From a virus: DNA of 64,000 nt. Both the position numbers and the translations under genes were made by a program. The notes under the pieces were generated by a model. It did not search any database and had not been told where the DNA came from. It saw only the letters and a program-made list of their open reading frames with translations. Every line of letters starts with the position of its first letter. Within the stretch, counting starts at the first letter, position 1. Shown here piece by piece: positions 39,952 to 49,750 of this stretch. Location of the stretch: positions 11,261 to 75,260 of the IMG/VR virus record IMGVR_UViG_3300025000_000077; one strand, written 5' to 3'.

Positions 39952-40295
39952 AAGGCAAAAACCACGAAAGAGCCGGCCTCATTTTTCTCTTTTTTTCTTC
40001 TATTTTTTTGGCTGCACAGCATTCTATTCGAGTAGTGCTCATATGGGCTGTGTTTGTTTATATTTTTACAAAGTATATAACCCCGGATCTCGACACGAAT
40101 TCAAGATCACGAAAACGACTCGGCGCGCTTGGGTGGGTAATAGACAGGTGCTTTGGACATCGGGGCTGGCTGCATAGATACTGGTTATGGCCTTTATTGT
40201 TCATTCCTTTGTATTTGGCGTTCGGGTGGGTATCCCTTGGCGGGCTGTCTGCTGTTTATTTGCATCTGATTTGTGATGGGTTGAGTCCGTTTTAA
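39948..40295 (+). CDS. Membrane metal-binding hydrolase (DUF2227/YdjM-like)
   Basis: GKNH, PDLD, HRGWLH, HLICD plus TM helices. Confidence 0.75.
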   Translation: MKGKNHERAGLIFLFFSSIFLAAQHSIRVVLIWAVFVYIFTKYITPDLDTNSRSRKRLGALGWVIDRCFGHRGWLHRYWLWPLLFIPLYLAFGWVSLGGLSAVYLHLICDGLSPF

Positions 40296-40307
40296 TTTTT
40301 TTGTTTG

Positions 40308-40350
40308 TTTATTTGCGTTAAGTATATATAGTATCGATGTGTAGTTAGTA
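40308..40350 (+). promoter_or_regulatory. Duplicated promoter, copy 1
   Basis: TTTATTTGCGTTAAGTATATATAGTATCGATGTGTAGTTAGTA, nearly identical to 41022-41064. Confidence 0.7.
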
Positions 40351-40395
40351 ACTAGAAGCACATTACAAGGACTGACACATAAGAGGGTTTGAAAC

Positions 40396-40623
40396 ATGCA
40401 GAAAATTGAAAGAGATACAATTCACAGAATCGCCGATGAACTCACTATAAGAAAATACGATTCCGCAGTCGAGCTTTCAAAGAGTTACTATTTTAGCAAG
40501 TGGGCTTCTGAATTCTCCCAGGGAGACGAAGATATAGAACAGAGGCTCTTTGATGAGAATGATGAAATTACTAAATTTGTGTACAAATTGGCAAAAAAAT
40601 ACGGGATTGAAATAGAAGAATGA
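40396..40623 (+). CDS. Hypothetical protein
   Basis: RBS and promoter upstream. Confidence 0.5.
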   Translation: MQKIERDTIHRIADELTIRKYDSAVELSKSYYFSKWASEFSQGDEDIEQRLFDENDEITKFVYKLAKKYGIEIEE

Positions 40624-40638
40624 GGAGTTGAAAAGAAA

Positions 40639-40836
40639 ATGAACCACAGGGAACTGCATAAAAAAGTCAGAGCCATGAAAAACACTAAACTTGTCGAAAG
40701 AAACGAAGAACTGTATGGATTAATCATAAAACTTGTAGTTGATGTAGTCGAAGAAAAGGACGATGCCGGTAGGAAAGAACATTTAGAAAAAGACCTTGAA
40801 GAATATAGGACATGTGAAAATGCGAGGGGGAATTGA
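40639..40836 (+). CDS. Hypothetical protein
   Basis: GAGGAG RBS. Confidence 0.45.
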   Translation: MNHRELHKKVRAMKNTKLVERNEELYGLIIKLVVDVVEEKDDAGRKEHLEKDLEEYRTCENARGN

Positions 40837-40840
40837 ATAA

Positions 40841-41008
40841 ATGAAACCTAGAGAATATCCACTTCATAAAACGAAACCTAGAAACATTACTATAAAAAAT
40901 GTAATTGCTGAAACGGCTGGGAAAATAACTGAGAGAGGTTTTGTTTATGTAACAACTGATCCCGATTTGATCGGAAAGAAGGTTACTATCCTAATTGAAG
41001 AGTTTTAA
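40841..41008 (+). CDS. AbrB/DUF2080-like small DNA-binding protein (not in ORF track)
   Basis: ...GKITERGFVYVTTDPDLIGKKVTILIEEF. Confidence 0.55.
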   Translation: MKPREYPLHKTKPRNITIKNVIAETAGKITERGFVYVTTDPDLIGKKVTILIEEF

Positions 41009-41021
41009 TTTTTTTCTTCTT

Positions 41022-41064
41022 TTTATTTGCGTTAAGTATTTATAGTTTCGATGTATATTTAGTA
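41022..41064 (+). promoter_or_regulatory. Duplicated promoter, copy 2
   Basis: TTTATTTGCGTTAAGTATTTATAGTTTCGATGTATATTTAGTA. Confidence 0.7.
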
Positions 41065-41081
41065 TATAGAGGTACGATAAA

Positions 41082-41282
41082 ATGGCAACAAAAGACAAAA
41101 AAATCCAAGCTGCAATAAAAAGCGCAAAAAGCAAAAATGAAGTTTACCAAATCCTGGAACATTTCAGACTCCCCGCCAGTGAAGAACGGAAAATAGTAAA
41201 TGCCTGGCAGAATGTGCAAGAAATGCTTATAAGACATGAACAGGGGGCTTATTATACCCCCTCAACCCAGGCGGTGGCCTGA
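41082..41282 (+). CDS. Hypothetical protein
   Basis: GAGGT RBS after promoter copy 2. Confidence 0.5.
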   Translation: MATKDKKIQAAIKSAKSKNEVYQILEHFRLPASEERKIVNAWQNVQEMLIRHEQGAYYTPSTQAVA

Positions 41283-41870
41283 ATGGTGACTCGAAAGGAG
41301 GCTAGAATGTGGGGGTGTTTGAACTGCACGAAGGATGTTTTTGTGGCAGTGGAGATATGTCAGGCTTTCGGGCTTGGGAAGGAAGAAGAGGAGAGAGCTC
41401 TGAGCTTGTGGGATAGTAAGAGGAGAATTGTGAGGAATTCAAGGAGGGCTGTAGTTTGAAATCGTGTGGTGGTTGCCTTCATTGGGTCCGGGTTGATGTC
41501 CCTGAGCAAATAATGGGGTACTGTCCGAAGCAGGGAAAGAGACGGCATCGGGATGGGGATTGTGATAAGTACGAGGTGCGTTTAGAATGACTGAATGCGA
41601 AGGTGACTGTGAAAACTGCCCTTATGGGCTTCAAAGCCAGATGGAATGTCAGGATTTATATGAGGAATGGTTAGCGGAACGAAGGAAACTATAAACGAAT
41701 ATGAATAACTGTCCTTTTTGTGATGATTCCTGGTTTTTTCATTCGGGGGAGGTATGTGTTTTCATTTATACATTTTTATTTTATTTTTTCGATGGTTAGG
41801 AAGTTTTATATACACGGTGGTACATAGTAAGTACTGTAATGGTACAGTGTACCGGTGGAAAGGTGAAAGA

Positions 41871-42029
41871 ATGTCGAGATCTGAAAAGAAAACAATAACC
41901 GTAGATAAAGAAGACCACGAAAAAATAAGATCCATTGCTCTCAGAAATGGAATGGATATCAAGGATATGGTAATCTTCACATTTAAAAAAACGTTTCCTG
42001 GTGATTTTCCCGAAAAGGTTATTGCATAA
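41871..42029 (+). CDS. Ribbon-helix-helix regulator
   Basis: KKTITVDKEDHEKIRSIALRNGMDIKDMV; AGGTGA RBS. Confidence 0.65.
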   Translation: MSRSEKKTITVDKEDHEKIRSIALRNGMDIKDMVIFTFKKTFPGDFPEKVIA

Positions 42030-42074
42030 ATTATAGTATATACTATAATAATTAATTATAGTAAGTACTATAAA
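42030..42074. repeat. Two tandem 20-bp palindromes ATTATAGTA-NN-TACTATAAW
   Basis: At 42030-42049 and 42055-42074. Confidence 0.8.
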
Positions 42075-42113
42075 AAATAAATATTCAAATAACGTTGGAA
42101 CGGAGCTAATAAA

Positions 42114-42623
42114 ATGGGAATAGACGAAGTTAACAGCACCCGTGGAAGAAAGAAAAAGAACACCGGGCGCGAAACACAACATGCGATATATATTGATCCG
42201 GATGTATGGGAAGCGGCTGGCCATCTGCCGGAATCCAGACCCGATATCATCAGGCAAGCTTTTCTTGATAAAATTTCTTATTACCAGAGTGACCTCCCTA
42301 AATTAAAGTGGCAATTGGAGGACGTTCGGAAACAGATTCAATCGTTTTTAGCTACAGAGGCAGTTATAGTTTCTCGGATTGAACAACTCGAATCGAAAGC
42401 CATTTTTGATGTAAGTGAACGAGAGAAAGACGCCGAGTTGAAGGAAACTGCGATAAAGGAAACCCTAACGATGTGCAGGGCGTTCAAAAAGAGCATGGGT
42501 TATCATCATTATTCGAAACTATCCGAGTTGTCAGGGTTTGAGGCCGCCAGGATAGAGGTTTTTTTGAAGGATTCGAAGTTCAGGCCATCCGAAGAGGCAG
42601 TGCGTGTTTTTTATACGGGGTGA
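42114..42623 (+). CDS. Replication-operon protein (RHH-like N-terminus plus coiled coil)
   Basis: Directly upstream of MCM; preceded by GAACGGAGCTA. Confidence 0.6.
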   Translation: MGIDEVNSTRGRKKKNTGRETQHAIYIDPDVWEAAGHLPESRPDIIRQAFLDKISYYQSDLPKLKWQLEDVRKQIQSFLATEAVIVSRIEQLESKAIFDVSEREKDAELKETAIKETLTMCRAFKKSMGYHHYSKLSELSGFEAARIEVFLKDSKFRPSEEAVRVFYTG

Positions 42624-42627
42624 GCTG

Positions 42628-44706
42628 ATGGACAACTACCACGACACAAAAGAAAAACTCAAAACTTTTTTTAGTCCTGGTGCATATGTTAACACGGGCA
42701 AAAACTGTAAAGATTTGAAAGCGAAGCAGTATTGGGACGACCTGCTGGCTTTAAGTTCGAAATACCCATATGAAAAAAGTTTATATGTTGAATACAGGCA
42801 CATTGAATATTTTAATAGAGAAATAGCTGACCGTTTGATATCAGCCCCGGATGAGTGGTTCGTGGCTGCAACTGATGCTATAGCTGAGATGTCTTTTCCT
42901 ACGGTGGATATGCCTAATATAAATGTCCGTGTTATTGGGTTGCCTCTTGATTTCGAAGTCGGGATATCAAAACTGAGGGGGGGACATTTGGATCGTTTCT
43001 TGGCTATCCGGTGTGTAATTTCAAAGGCTTCTGAAGTGCGCCCTGGTTATGAAGTGGCTGCTTACCAGTGCATGAGGTGCGGGCATGTTACAAAAGTTGA
43101 ACAGTTGAAATACACTGACATGCGGCAAGAGCCGTATTCAGGCTGTGAAAATGACACATGCGGGAAGAAGGGCCCTTATAAAATATCAGAAGAAGAGTCT
43201 GTAAAATTTGATCACCAGTATTTGAAAATCCAGGAACCAATCGAAAACCTCCGAGGTAAACAACCTGAATTTCTTAATGTATCATGCGCCGATGAAATAG
43301 CTGGAAGGTCGAACCCGGGTGATAAAGTAATCATAACTGGAATTTTAAAGGGGAAGCCAAAGACTGTAAAAGAGGGGGTAACTAAATATCTGGATTTCGT
43401 TTTTGTTGCCAATTCCATTGAAAAATCTGATACTGATTATGAAAATCTTGAGATCCTGCCTGAAGAGGAAGCGCAGTTCAGACAGTGGGCAAGTGAGGGA
43501 GTATTAAAAGAAAAAATATTGAGGTCCATAGCTCCTACGATATTTGGTCTGGAAGAAGTCAAATTGGGTTTGGCCCTGCAGATGGTCGGTGGTGTGCCAA
43601 TTGATTTCGAAGACGGGACACGGAAAAGAGGAGATATCCATATAATGTTAGTCGGTGATCCCGGCGTAGCAAAAAGTCAGTTATTAGAGTTCATTGCTAA
43701 GTATTCCCCGCGCGCCGTTAGTTTTTCAGGAAAATCAACCAGTGAGGCGGGCCTAACAGGTGGGGCCGTGAAAGATGAATTAGATGGTAAATGGTGGATT
43801 CAGCCGGGAGCCCTAACGCTTGCAGACGGTGGTGTATGTTGCGCTGACGAACTTGATAAGATGAAGACGGGGCAATTAGGATCAATCCACGAAGCACTTG
43901 AGCAACAGATGGTCCATATTAATAAAGTTGTTAAGGCTGACCTGTGGACCCGGACTGCTTTCTTAGGAGCTGCAAATCCCAAATACGGGCGTTATGATAA
44001 ATATACTCCAATAGCGGAACAGATCACACACGGAGATGCATTTATTTCGAGGATGGACTTGCTTTTTGTCCTGCTTGATACTCCGAATGAAGCGACGGAT
44101 AGGAGGCTCGCAAAGCATATTTTAGGGACTCTACGCGGGAAGGCAGACATATCAGAGCCGGGGATGAATCTTGAGCTTCTTAGGAAGTGTGTGGCTTATA
44201 TTAAAACTCATGTGTTCCCGGTACTTACGGACGAATCCGAGGAAATGATAATTAACTTCTTTGTAGGGACCCGGGTTGCAGCTAATGGACGGACTGACAC
44301 TGTTCCAATTACCGCGAGAACACTTGAAGCAGCTTTCCGGCTTGCGACTGCAAACGCCAGGATGAGACTATCAGATACTATAACTGAAGAAGACGCCGAA
44401 GCTGCTGTGAAATTATTATACTCTAATTTAAGGAGTGTGGGAATTGACCCGGAAACGGGGGAACTGGACGCAAACGTTATCGCGTGCGGGACTTCCATGA
44501 GTCAAGCGAAAAAACTCAGGAAATTATGTACTATAATTAAATCACTTTCCGAGAGAGACACGGCGAAATATCAGGCTGCTCGAAAAGAGGAAATTATAGA
44601 TAAGTGCATTGGAGAAGGGATTAAAGAACCTGAGAATTTGCTCAAAAAACTGAAGCAGCAGGGAGACATCTTCAGCCCGGAAGAAGGATATTATAAAGTC
44701 ATGTAA
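42628..44706 (+). CDS. mcm: MCM replicative helicase
   Basis: Zn finger CMRC...C..C, GDPGVAKS, CADELDKM, GAANPKYGRY, SRMD, ITARTLE. Confidence 0.97.
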   Translation: MDNYHDTKEKLKTFFSPGAYVNTGKNCKDLKAKQYWDDLLALSSKYPYEKSLYVEYRHIEYFNREIADRLISAPDEWFVAATDAIAEMSFPTVDMPNINVRVIGLPLDFEVGISKLRGGHLDRFLAIRCVISKASEVRPGYEVAAYQCMRCGHVTKVEQLKYTDMRQEPYSGCENDTCGKKGPYKISEEESVKFDHQYLKIQEPIENLRGKQPEFLNVSCADEIAGRSNPGDKVIITGILKGKPKTVKEGVTKYLDFVFVANSIEKSDTDYENLEILPEEEAQFRQWASEGVLKEKILRSIAPTIFGLEEVKLGLALQMVGGVPIDFEDGTRKRGDIHIMLVGDPGVAKSQLLEFIAKYSPRAVSFSGKSTSEAGLTGGAVKDELDGKWWIQPGALTLADGGVCCADELDKMKTGQLGSIHEALEQQMVHINKVVKADLWTRTAFLGAANPKYGRYDKYTPIAEQITHGDAFISRMDLLFVLLDTPNEATDRRLAKHILGTLRGKADISEPGMNLELLRKCVAYIKTHVFPVLTDESEEMIINFFVGTRVAANGRTDTVPITARTLEAAFRLATANARMRLSDTITEEDAEAAVKLLYSNLRSVGIDPETGELDANVIACGTSMSQAKKLRKLCTIIKSLSERDTAKYQAARKEEIIDKCIGEGIKEPENLLKKLKQQGDIFSPEEGYYKVM

Positions 44707-44752
44707 GGTACATTTCCAGTGGAGTTATATTATATTATATTACATTGCTTTC

Positions 44753-44873
44753 TAATTAATTATAGTTATAGGTATTACTATAATTAATTAATATACATCC
44801 TATAGATAGTGTTTTTTCACTTAATTTTTTTCTTTAGTAAGTTGAGTACATTAATTATAGTATGTACTATAAT
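44753..44873. repeat. AT-rich palindromes downstream of mcm (candidate origin/operator)
   Basis: 13-bp inverted repeat at 44753-44765/44778-44790, and ATTATAGTA-TG-TACTATAAT at 44854-44873. Confidence 0.7.
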
Positions 44874-44903
44874 CAATTAAAAACCGATGAACGGAGCTAC
44901 AAT

Positions 44904-45047
44904 ATGTATAGAAATCATGGAAAACACAATCCTGAAAAATACTATAATAAATGTGAGTTTACCGAATCTTTTACGAAAATCCCGGCTTTTGTCATAGTCT
45001 GCAATGCTGACGGTCCAATCAAGGAGGACGAACATGCAACTCTCTGA
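44904..45047 (+). CDS. Small hypothetical protein
   Basis: Preceded by GAACGGAGCTA. Confidence 0.5.
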   Translation: MYRNHGKHNPEKYYNKCEFTESFTKIPAFVIVCNADGPIKEDEHATL

Positions 45048-45399
45048 TTCTGTATCCCTCCTCCTGCCTGTCCCTTCCCGCGATCCAGTCACATTCACGG
45101 AACCCCCACAAGATCCTGAATTCTTCCTGGATCTAAAAAAACACTTAAACAAACAACCGGACGCAATCAAAGAACGAATCGAATTTCATAAGAAATATCC
45201 ATTCTGGTCCATATATCGAGTGCGGGATGAATTCGCTAAATCCTACTCGGAAACATATCTCAACGATGTGATGCATTTTGCTCGCTCAAATCCTCATATG
45301 AACGCAGTAGAAGCGGCTCAGGCGTTTTGTTCGAAGTACAGGGGGTATCTTATTGTTTATGGCGTTGAACTCACAGAAAGAGCGTTCACGAGGTTGTAA
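45034..45399 (+). CDS. Hypothetical protein
   Basis: AGGAGG RBS before MQLSDS. Confidence 0.55.
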   Translation: MQLSDSVSLLLPVPSRDPVTFTEPPQDPEFFLDLKKHLNKQPDAIKERIEFHKKYPFWSIYRVRDEFAKSYSETYLNDVMHFARSNPHMNAVEAAQAFCSKYRGYLIVYGVELTERAFTRL

Positions 45400-45725
45400 T
45401 AATGATTCTTAAAGCCCTTCTAAAACTCCTTAAAATAATAATCCTCCATCCAAGACGCTGTGAAAACTGCCAATATTGGAGATCACCGAAGTGTTCACAG
45501 CCGTTATACTATAACGTGGTCCCCCTCTCAAAGTGCGGCAAGTGGGCACGGAGAAGCCGCTGAGTTAATTTTTACTTGAAAATGGTATGAATGTATTCGG
45601 GGTTATTTGATACGGTTAAAACAGCTTAGAATCAATATTACTTTTATTTGAGTTCATTACGTAATTGTATTTATATGATTACAGTAAGTTATTTATAGTA
45701 TTACGTAGTAGTATTAGTATAGAGG

Positions 45726-46055
45726 TTGAAACAGATGGACTACAACGCAACAATGGAAAATGAGATTGTATTGAATGAAGAACTTAGAAATTATGCTTGC
45801 ACTGCTCAACAGAAACACATGACGATTGATATAAAAATAAACGGGCGGTGGAATATGGGGCACGCCTGTATAACTGATAAACTAATACAGTTTAATTATT
45901 CAGCAGGGGGCAAGCATCATTTCTTTACCCCTGAAGGATTCGAGCAGTTTCTTATCAAAATCCCCTCACCTGAATCAATAGAAAGGACGAACTTTAATAT
46001 TTTTCACAGCAGTAAGAAGACAACGGGGCAGCTTCTAAGATGCTCTTCTTATTAA
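45726..46055 (+). CDS. Hypothetical protein
   Basis: TATA box and GAGGT RBS upstream. Confidence 0.45.
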   Translation: MKQMDYNATMENEIVLNEELRNYACTAQQKHMTIDIKINGRWNMGHACITDKLIQFNYSAGGKHHFFTPEGFEQFLIKIPSPESIERTNFNIFHSSKKTTGQLLRCSSY

Positions 46056-46283
46056 TTCTTTTTTTGTCTTAGAGGAACTTGATAAACTATTAAAACATGA
46101 GGTTAATAATGAATAATATTTGGAGAATACTGAGTGCAACTGGCACGGGTATAAGTTTTCAACCAAAAAATTTGATGGAATGTGGATCAATTAGATGCAT
46201 TGACTGCATATATTTTGATATGTGGAGCGAAGAACTACACAAATGCACTTCATATCTTAAGTTTCTAAACGAGGTTAAATAAA

Positions 46284-46469
46284 ATGGTTCCACCGCTAAC
46301 CGAAAAACACACCCTCAAAAAAGGCTATCTCTCGTTCCATGCAACAAAACAAGAACCTCTTATCTACTTCACCGCAAAAGCAGGAAGTAGAGGTAACATT
46401 GGTATGGGTTCATTGAACGAGGGAGAAGAATTTATTATAATTCCGGTGAAATATTTAGGTACAGAATAA
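46284..46469 (+). CDS. AbrB-like small protein
   Basis: KAGSRGNIGMG...EEFIIIPV. Confidence 0.4.
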   Translation: MVPPLTEKHTLKKGYLSFHATKQEPLIYFTAKAGSRGNIGMGSLNEGEEFIIIPVKYLGTE

Positions 46470-46497
46470 TCCTCGTAAAAAGAACGGAGCTAAAACA

Positions 46498-46695
46498 ATG
46501 TCCATAGAATCAATAACCAAATTTAGAAACTTACTCCAAGACGGCATCGACTTTAGAGAGAAAATACTCTTTCCAAAAAACCCAATAATGGAAATCTCAC
46601 AGAGTATCAACGACCAGGAAGTTACGCGAAGAGAACAGGCCCTCCTAAAGTGTATCCTCGCGCAGTTTGATAAAACATTCACGGTGGAAGAATGA
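46498..46695 (+). CDS. Hypothetical protein
   Basis: Preceded by GAACGGAGCTA. Confidence 0.55.
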   Translation: MSIESITKFRNLLQDGIDFREKILFPKNPIMEISQSINDQEVTRREQALLKCILAQFDKTFTVEE

Positions 46696-47303
46696 CATCT
46701 AAATTCTGCCCATGCTGCAAGAAAACACTCGATCTCAATCTCTTCGGGGTCCGCAACGAAAAGCCCTCACCCTATTGTCTATCATGCACCCGGATAAAAA
46801 CAAAAGCCAGATACCACCGAGACTTCAAAAAAATAGCAGCCCGGAAACATGCTAAATACGTCCTTAATCACCCCATAAAAAAAACACACGTGTATATACC
46901 TCTCAAAATGCATCCACCACTCGGCACAGTCCTTAAGAGATGCGAAAAATGCCATACCACATTGTATGTATGTCCAGAATCTAAAAATGAAACCTGCGGG
47001 AAATGCGGGGCATCCTATGATGTCAAAAAAACATTAAGCGATACTAGGAGAACGAGGGGCGGGTTTAAATTGGTTCCATCTGAGCCCGTGAGAGCTCTTT
47101 ATATTCCCGAGGTCTTGACTTACATCCAGGCGAAGGGAGAAACCTACATTACTCAGATATCGAACCATTTCGGACGGCCACGGTCCACGGTGAGAAATTA
47201 TATTCGAGTGATGGAAACAGAAGGGTTAGTATCCATCGAAATGAACGGAGGGTATGCTAATATTCGGTTGACCAGTAGGGGGGTTTCCGAGTTATCGGCT
47301 TGA
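46692..47303 (+). CDS. Zn-finger plus winged-HTH transcription regulator
   Basis: Several CxxC pairs; C-terminal YITQISNHFGRPRSTVRNYIRVMETEGLV. Confidence 0.7.
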   Translation: MTSKFCPCCKKTLDLNLFGVRNEKPSPYCLSCTRIKTKARYHRDFKKIAARKHAKYVLNHPIKKTHVYIPLKMHPPLGTVLKRCEKCHTTLYVCPESKNETCGKCGASYDVKKTLSDTRRTRGGFKLVPSEPVRALYIPEVLTYIQAKGETYITQISNHFGRPRSTVRNYIRVMETEGLVSIEMNGGYANIRLTSRGVSELSA

Positions 47304-47378
47304 TTTTTTTAGCAAAAAAATAAATACAGTTAACGCGTTTTATATATTAATTACTTTTTTTTTAAAACAGGTAATCAT

Positions 47379-47807
47379 ATGGCATACCAGAAAAAACCCC
47401 GGAAGATCCCTTCGAATTCTGTTAATTCCGGTATTTTCAAATGGACCCCAAAACGTAAAAAAGCCGCAAAACTGTTATCAGACGGCACTAAAAATTATAC
47501 AGAAGTTTGTGAAGAAGTCGGAATTAACGCCGATACTCTTTTAGAATGGCGTAAACATCGTGAATTTTGGCAAGAAGTAGATAAATGCACTTTTGAAAAT
47601 GAACAGGTGACAACTGCCTCCATTATCAGAGTAGTTTTAAAATCACTTCGAATAAAAGAATGTTATGTTTCTGATGACCGCAGTACTCATTTAGACTATC
47701 TTAAGTTTCTCAAAGATATTTTACCAGAGGACACTAAAGAAGACGACGATAAATTAAAAGAACTCGCAGATGCTATCATGAACAGCGCAAAGATGATAGG
47801 TAAGTAA
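47379..47807 (+). CDS. terS: Terminase small subunit
   Basis: N-terminal HTH; directly upstream of terL. Confidence 0.75.
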   Translation: MAYQKKPRKIPSNSVNSGIFKWTPKRKKAAKLLSDGTKNYTEVCEEVGINADTLLEWRKHREFWQEVDKCTFENEQVTTASIIRVVLKSLRIKECYVSDDRSTHLDYLKFLKDILPEDTKEDDDKLKELADAIMNSAKMIGK

Positions 47808-47808
47808 C

Positions 47809-49083
47809 ATGGCATTCAAACCTGGAATCTTTTCTGAAAAACAGATTGATGTGATGGCAAACTGTGACATGGGTATAAATTCTTTAGTAGGGTCCGTCAG
47901 ATCTGGTAAAACAATCGCATCGCTCCTTGCGTTTTTAATTCGCATAATGGAATACCCCGAATGTAACATAATGCTGATAGGGAAATCAGATAAAACGTTA
48001 TATAGGAACGTCCTGATGCCCCTAAAGGACATCGTAAGACCATCTAATTTTAAGTACAATCGAATGACAGGTGAAGGCGTCCTCTATAAAAAATACAATT
48101 TTTACACGGCTGGGGCATATGATGAAAAATCCCTTGAAAAAATCCAGGGTATTACACTCGCGCTGGCATACGGTGATGAAGTCACCACATGGCCGGAATC
48201 GTTCTTCCAGATGTTGTTATCTCGGTTGTCAGAGAATAACGCGAAGTTCATTGGAACCATGAATCCAGGGGGGCCCTACCACTGGTATAAAGTAAATTTC
48301 CTCGATAGACAGGATAGAATATCCTTACGAAATTGGAATTTTTTAATAGAAGAAAATAAGAACCTGTCTCCGGAATATGTTACAAAGTTGAAACAATATT
48401 ATACAGGCGTTTTTTATAAAAGATACATATTGGGCATGTGGGTCCTCGCGGAAGGCGCAATTTATGACATGTTCTCGGAAGAAAAACACGTTGAAACAGT
48501 CAGGCAGGACGTTTGGGCCTCGTGTCTCTCCAAATATGTTTCAATAGACTACGGCACTAGCAACCCCTGTGTTTTTCAATTATGGGGCCACAACAACAAT
48601 AAACGATACCTAAAAAAGGAATATTACTACGACTCAAAAGAACACGGCAGGCAGAAAACAGACGCAGAATACGCCTCCGATCTTGTTAATTTCATCGGAA
48701 ATGAAATGATCCAAAGCGTGATAGTGGACCCGTCGGCAGCTTCCTTCAAGGTGGAACTCAATAATAGGGGACTATGTGTCGAAGATGCCGACAACGACGT
48801 CCTTGACGGAATTAGAGAAGTATCTACTGAGCTATCCCAGGATAAAATACAGATTGATCCATCCTGCGTGAACACCATAAAAGAATTCTCCGGGTATGTT
48901 TGGGATACAAAAGCAGGGGAACGGGGAGAAGACAAACCGTTAAAACAGTCCGACCACGGGATGGATAGCTTGAGATATTATATAAAGTCGGTTAAAATGT
49001 ATAACTTCGGTATGGATTCTCGACAAGAGGAAGTAGGTTATGGTTATTCCGAGTACACAGATGAAATCTATAACAACTATTGA
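47809..49083 (+). CDS. terL: Terminase large subunit (PBSX family)
   Basis: GSVRSGKT, YGDEV, TMNP, IDYGTSNP, VDPSAASF, DHGMDSLRY. Confidence 0.96.
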   Translation: MAFKPGIFSEKQIDVMANCDMGINSLVGSVRSGKTIASLLAFLIRIMEYPECNIMLIGKSDKTLYRNVLMPLKDIVRPSNFKYNRMTGEGVLYKKYNFYTAGAYDEKSLEKIQGITLALAYGDEVTTWPESFFQMLLSRLSENNAKFIGTMNPGGPYHWYKVNFLDRQDRISLRNWNFLIEENKNLSPEYVTKLKQYYTGVFYKRYILGMWVLAEGAIYDMFSEEKHVETVRQDVWASCLSKYVSIDYGTSNPCVFQLWGHNNNKRYLKKEYYYDSKEHGRQKTDAEYASDLVNFIGNEMIQSVIVDPSAASFKVELNNRGLCVEDADNDVLDGIREVSTELSQDKIQIDPSCVNTIKEFSGYVWDTKAGERGEDKPLKQSDHGMDSLRYYIKSVKMYNFGMDSRQEEVGYGYSEYTDEIYNNY

Positions 49084-49160
49084 AAACGTTTTTATCCGAT
49101 GACATCAATATAATTCTAGAGTAGTCTCCCACATTTCTTAAAAAAACGAATATCCCCCCG

Positions 49161-49197
49161 GGGCAGTTTTTCAAGGACTGCCCTTCTTTTCTCTTTT
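49161..49197 (+). terminator. Hairpin plus pyrimidine tract after terL
   Basis: GGGCAGT-N9-ACTGCCC followed by TTCTTTTCTCTTTT. Confidence 0.55.
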
Positions 49198-49514
49198 ATA
49201 TTCTGATATCCATCAACTGTTTTATATTACTTAGTACCGGATATTTCCACCCATACCCCATAATTTCAATATCCACGAGTTCATCGAACAGGTCACGGGA
49301 CTGTTCAGGGGTGAGAGTTAATTTGTGGGAGGTCGAAAGGACGAGTTTCATTGTTTATTCACCGCCGTTCAAATATTCAGCAATCGTTTTAATGGTCTTA
49401 GCCTGCACGTCCTGGGCTCGCGCGTAGTCCACAAATAATCCAGATAATTCTTTCATTTGTCCTTCGATGCCATTCAGTTCACGTTCTAATGTTTCAACTC
49501 TTTTGAGCAGCTCT

Positions 49515-49745
49515 CTATCGTTTCCGAACATTTTTTAATTCCCCCGATGCATTCTTTTTAACCTTTTCCACGATCAGCCCAGCCGGAACAGTATAAACAA
49601 TTGTCCCATTTGAATTATCAATGAGTGCATATCCTGTCTTCGTTTCTTTGATATAATCGGCTTTTATTTCATCTATAAAAATTTTGGACCCAATGTTTAT
49701 AATGTCAGTGTGTGTTGCAACAAGGGATACTTTGAATATTGACAT
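49515..49745 (-). CDS. Hypothetical protein
   Basis: Member of a run of coupled small minus-strand genes. Confidence 0.4.
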   Translation of the reverse strand: MSIFKVSLVATHTDIINIGSKIFIDEIKADYIKETKTGYALIDNSNGTIVYTVPAGLIVEKVKKNASGELKNVRKR

Positions 49746-49750
49746 TTTTT

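Noticed and set aside
42628-49083. Inteins in MCM or terminase
   Set aside because: Both proteins are normal length with contiguous motifs.
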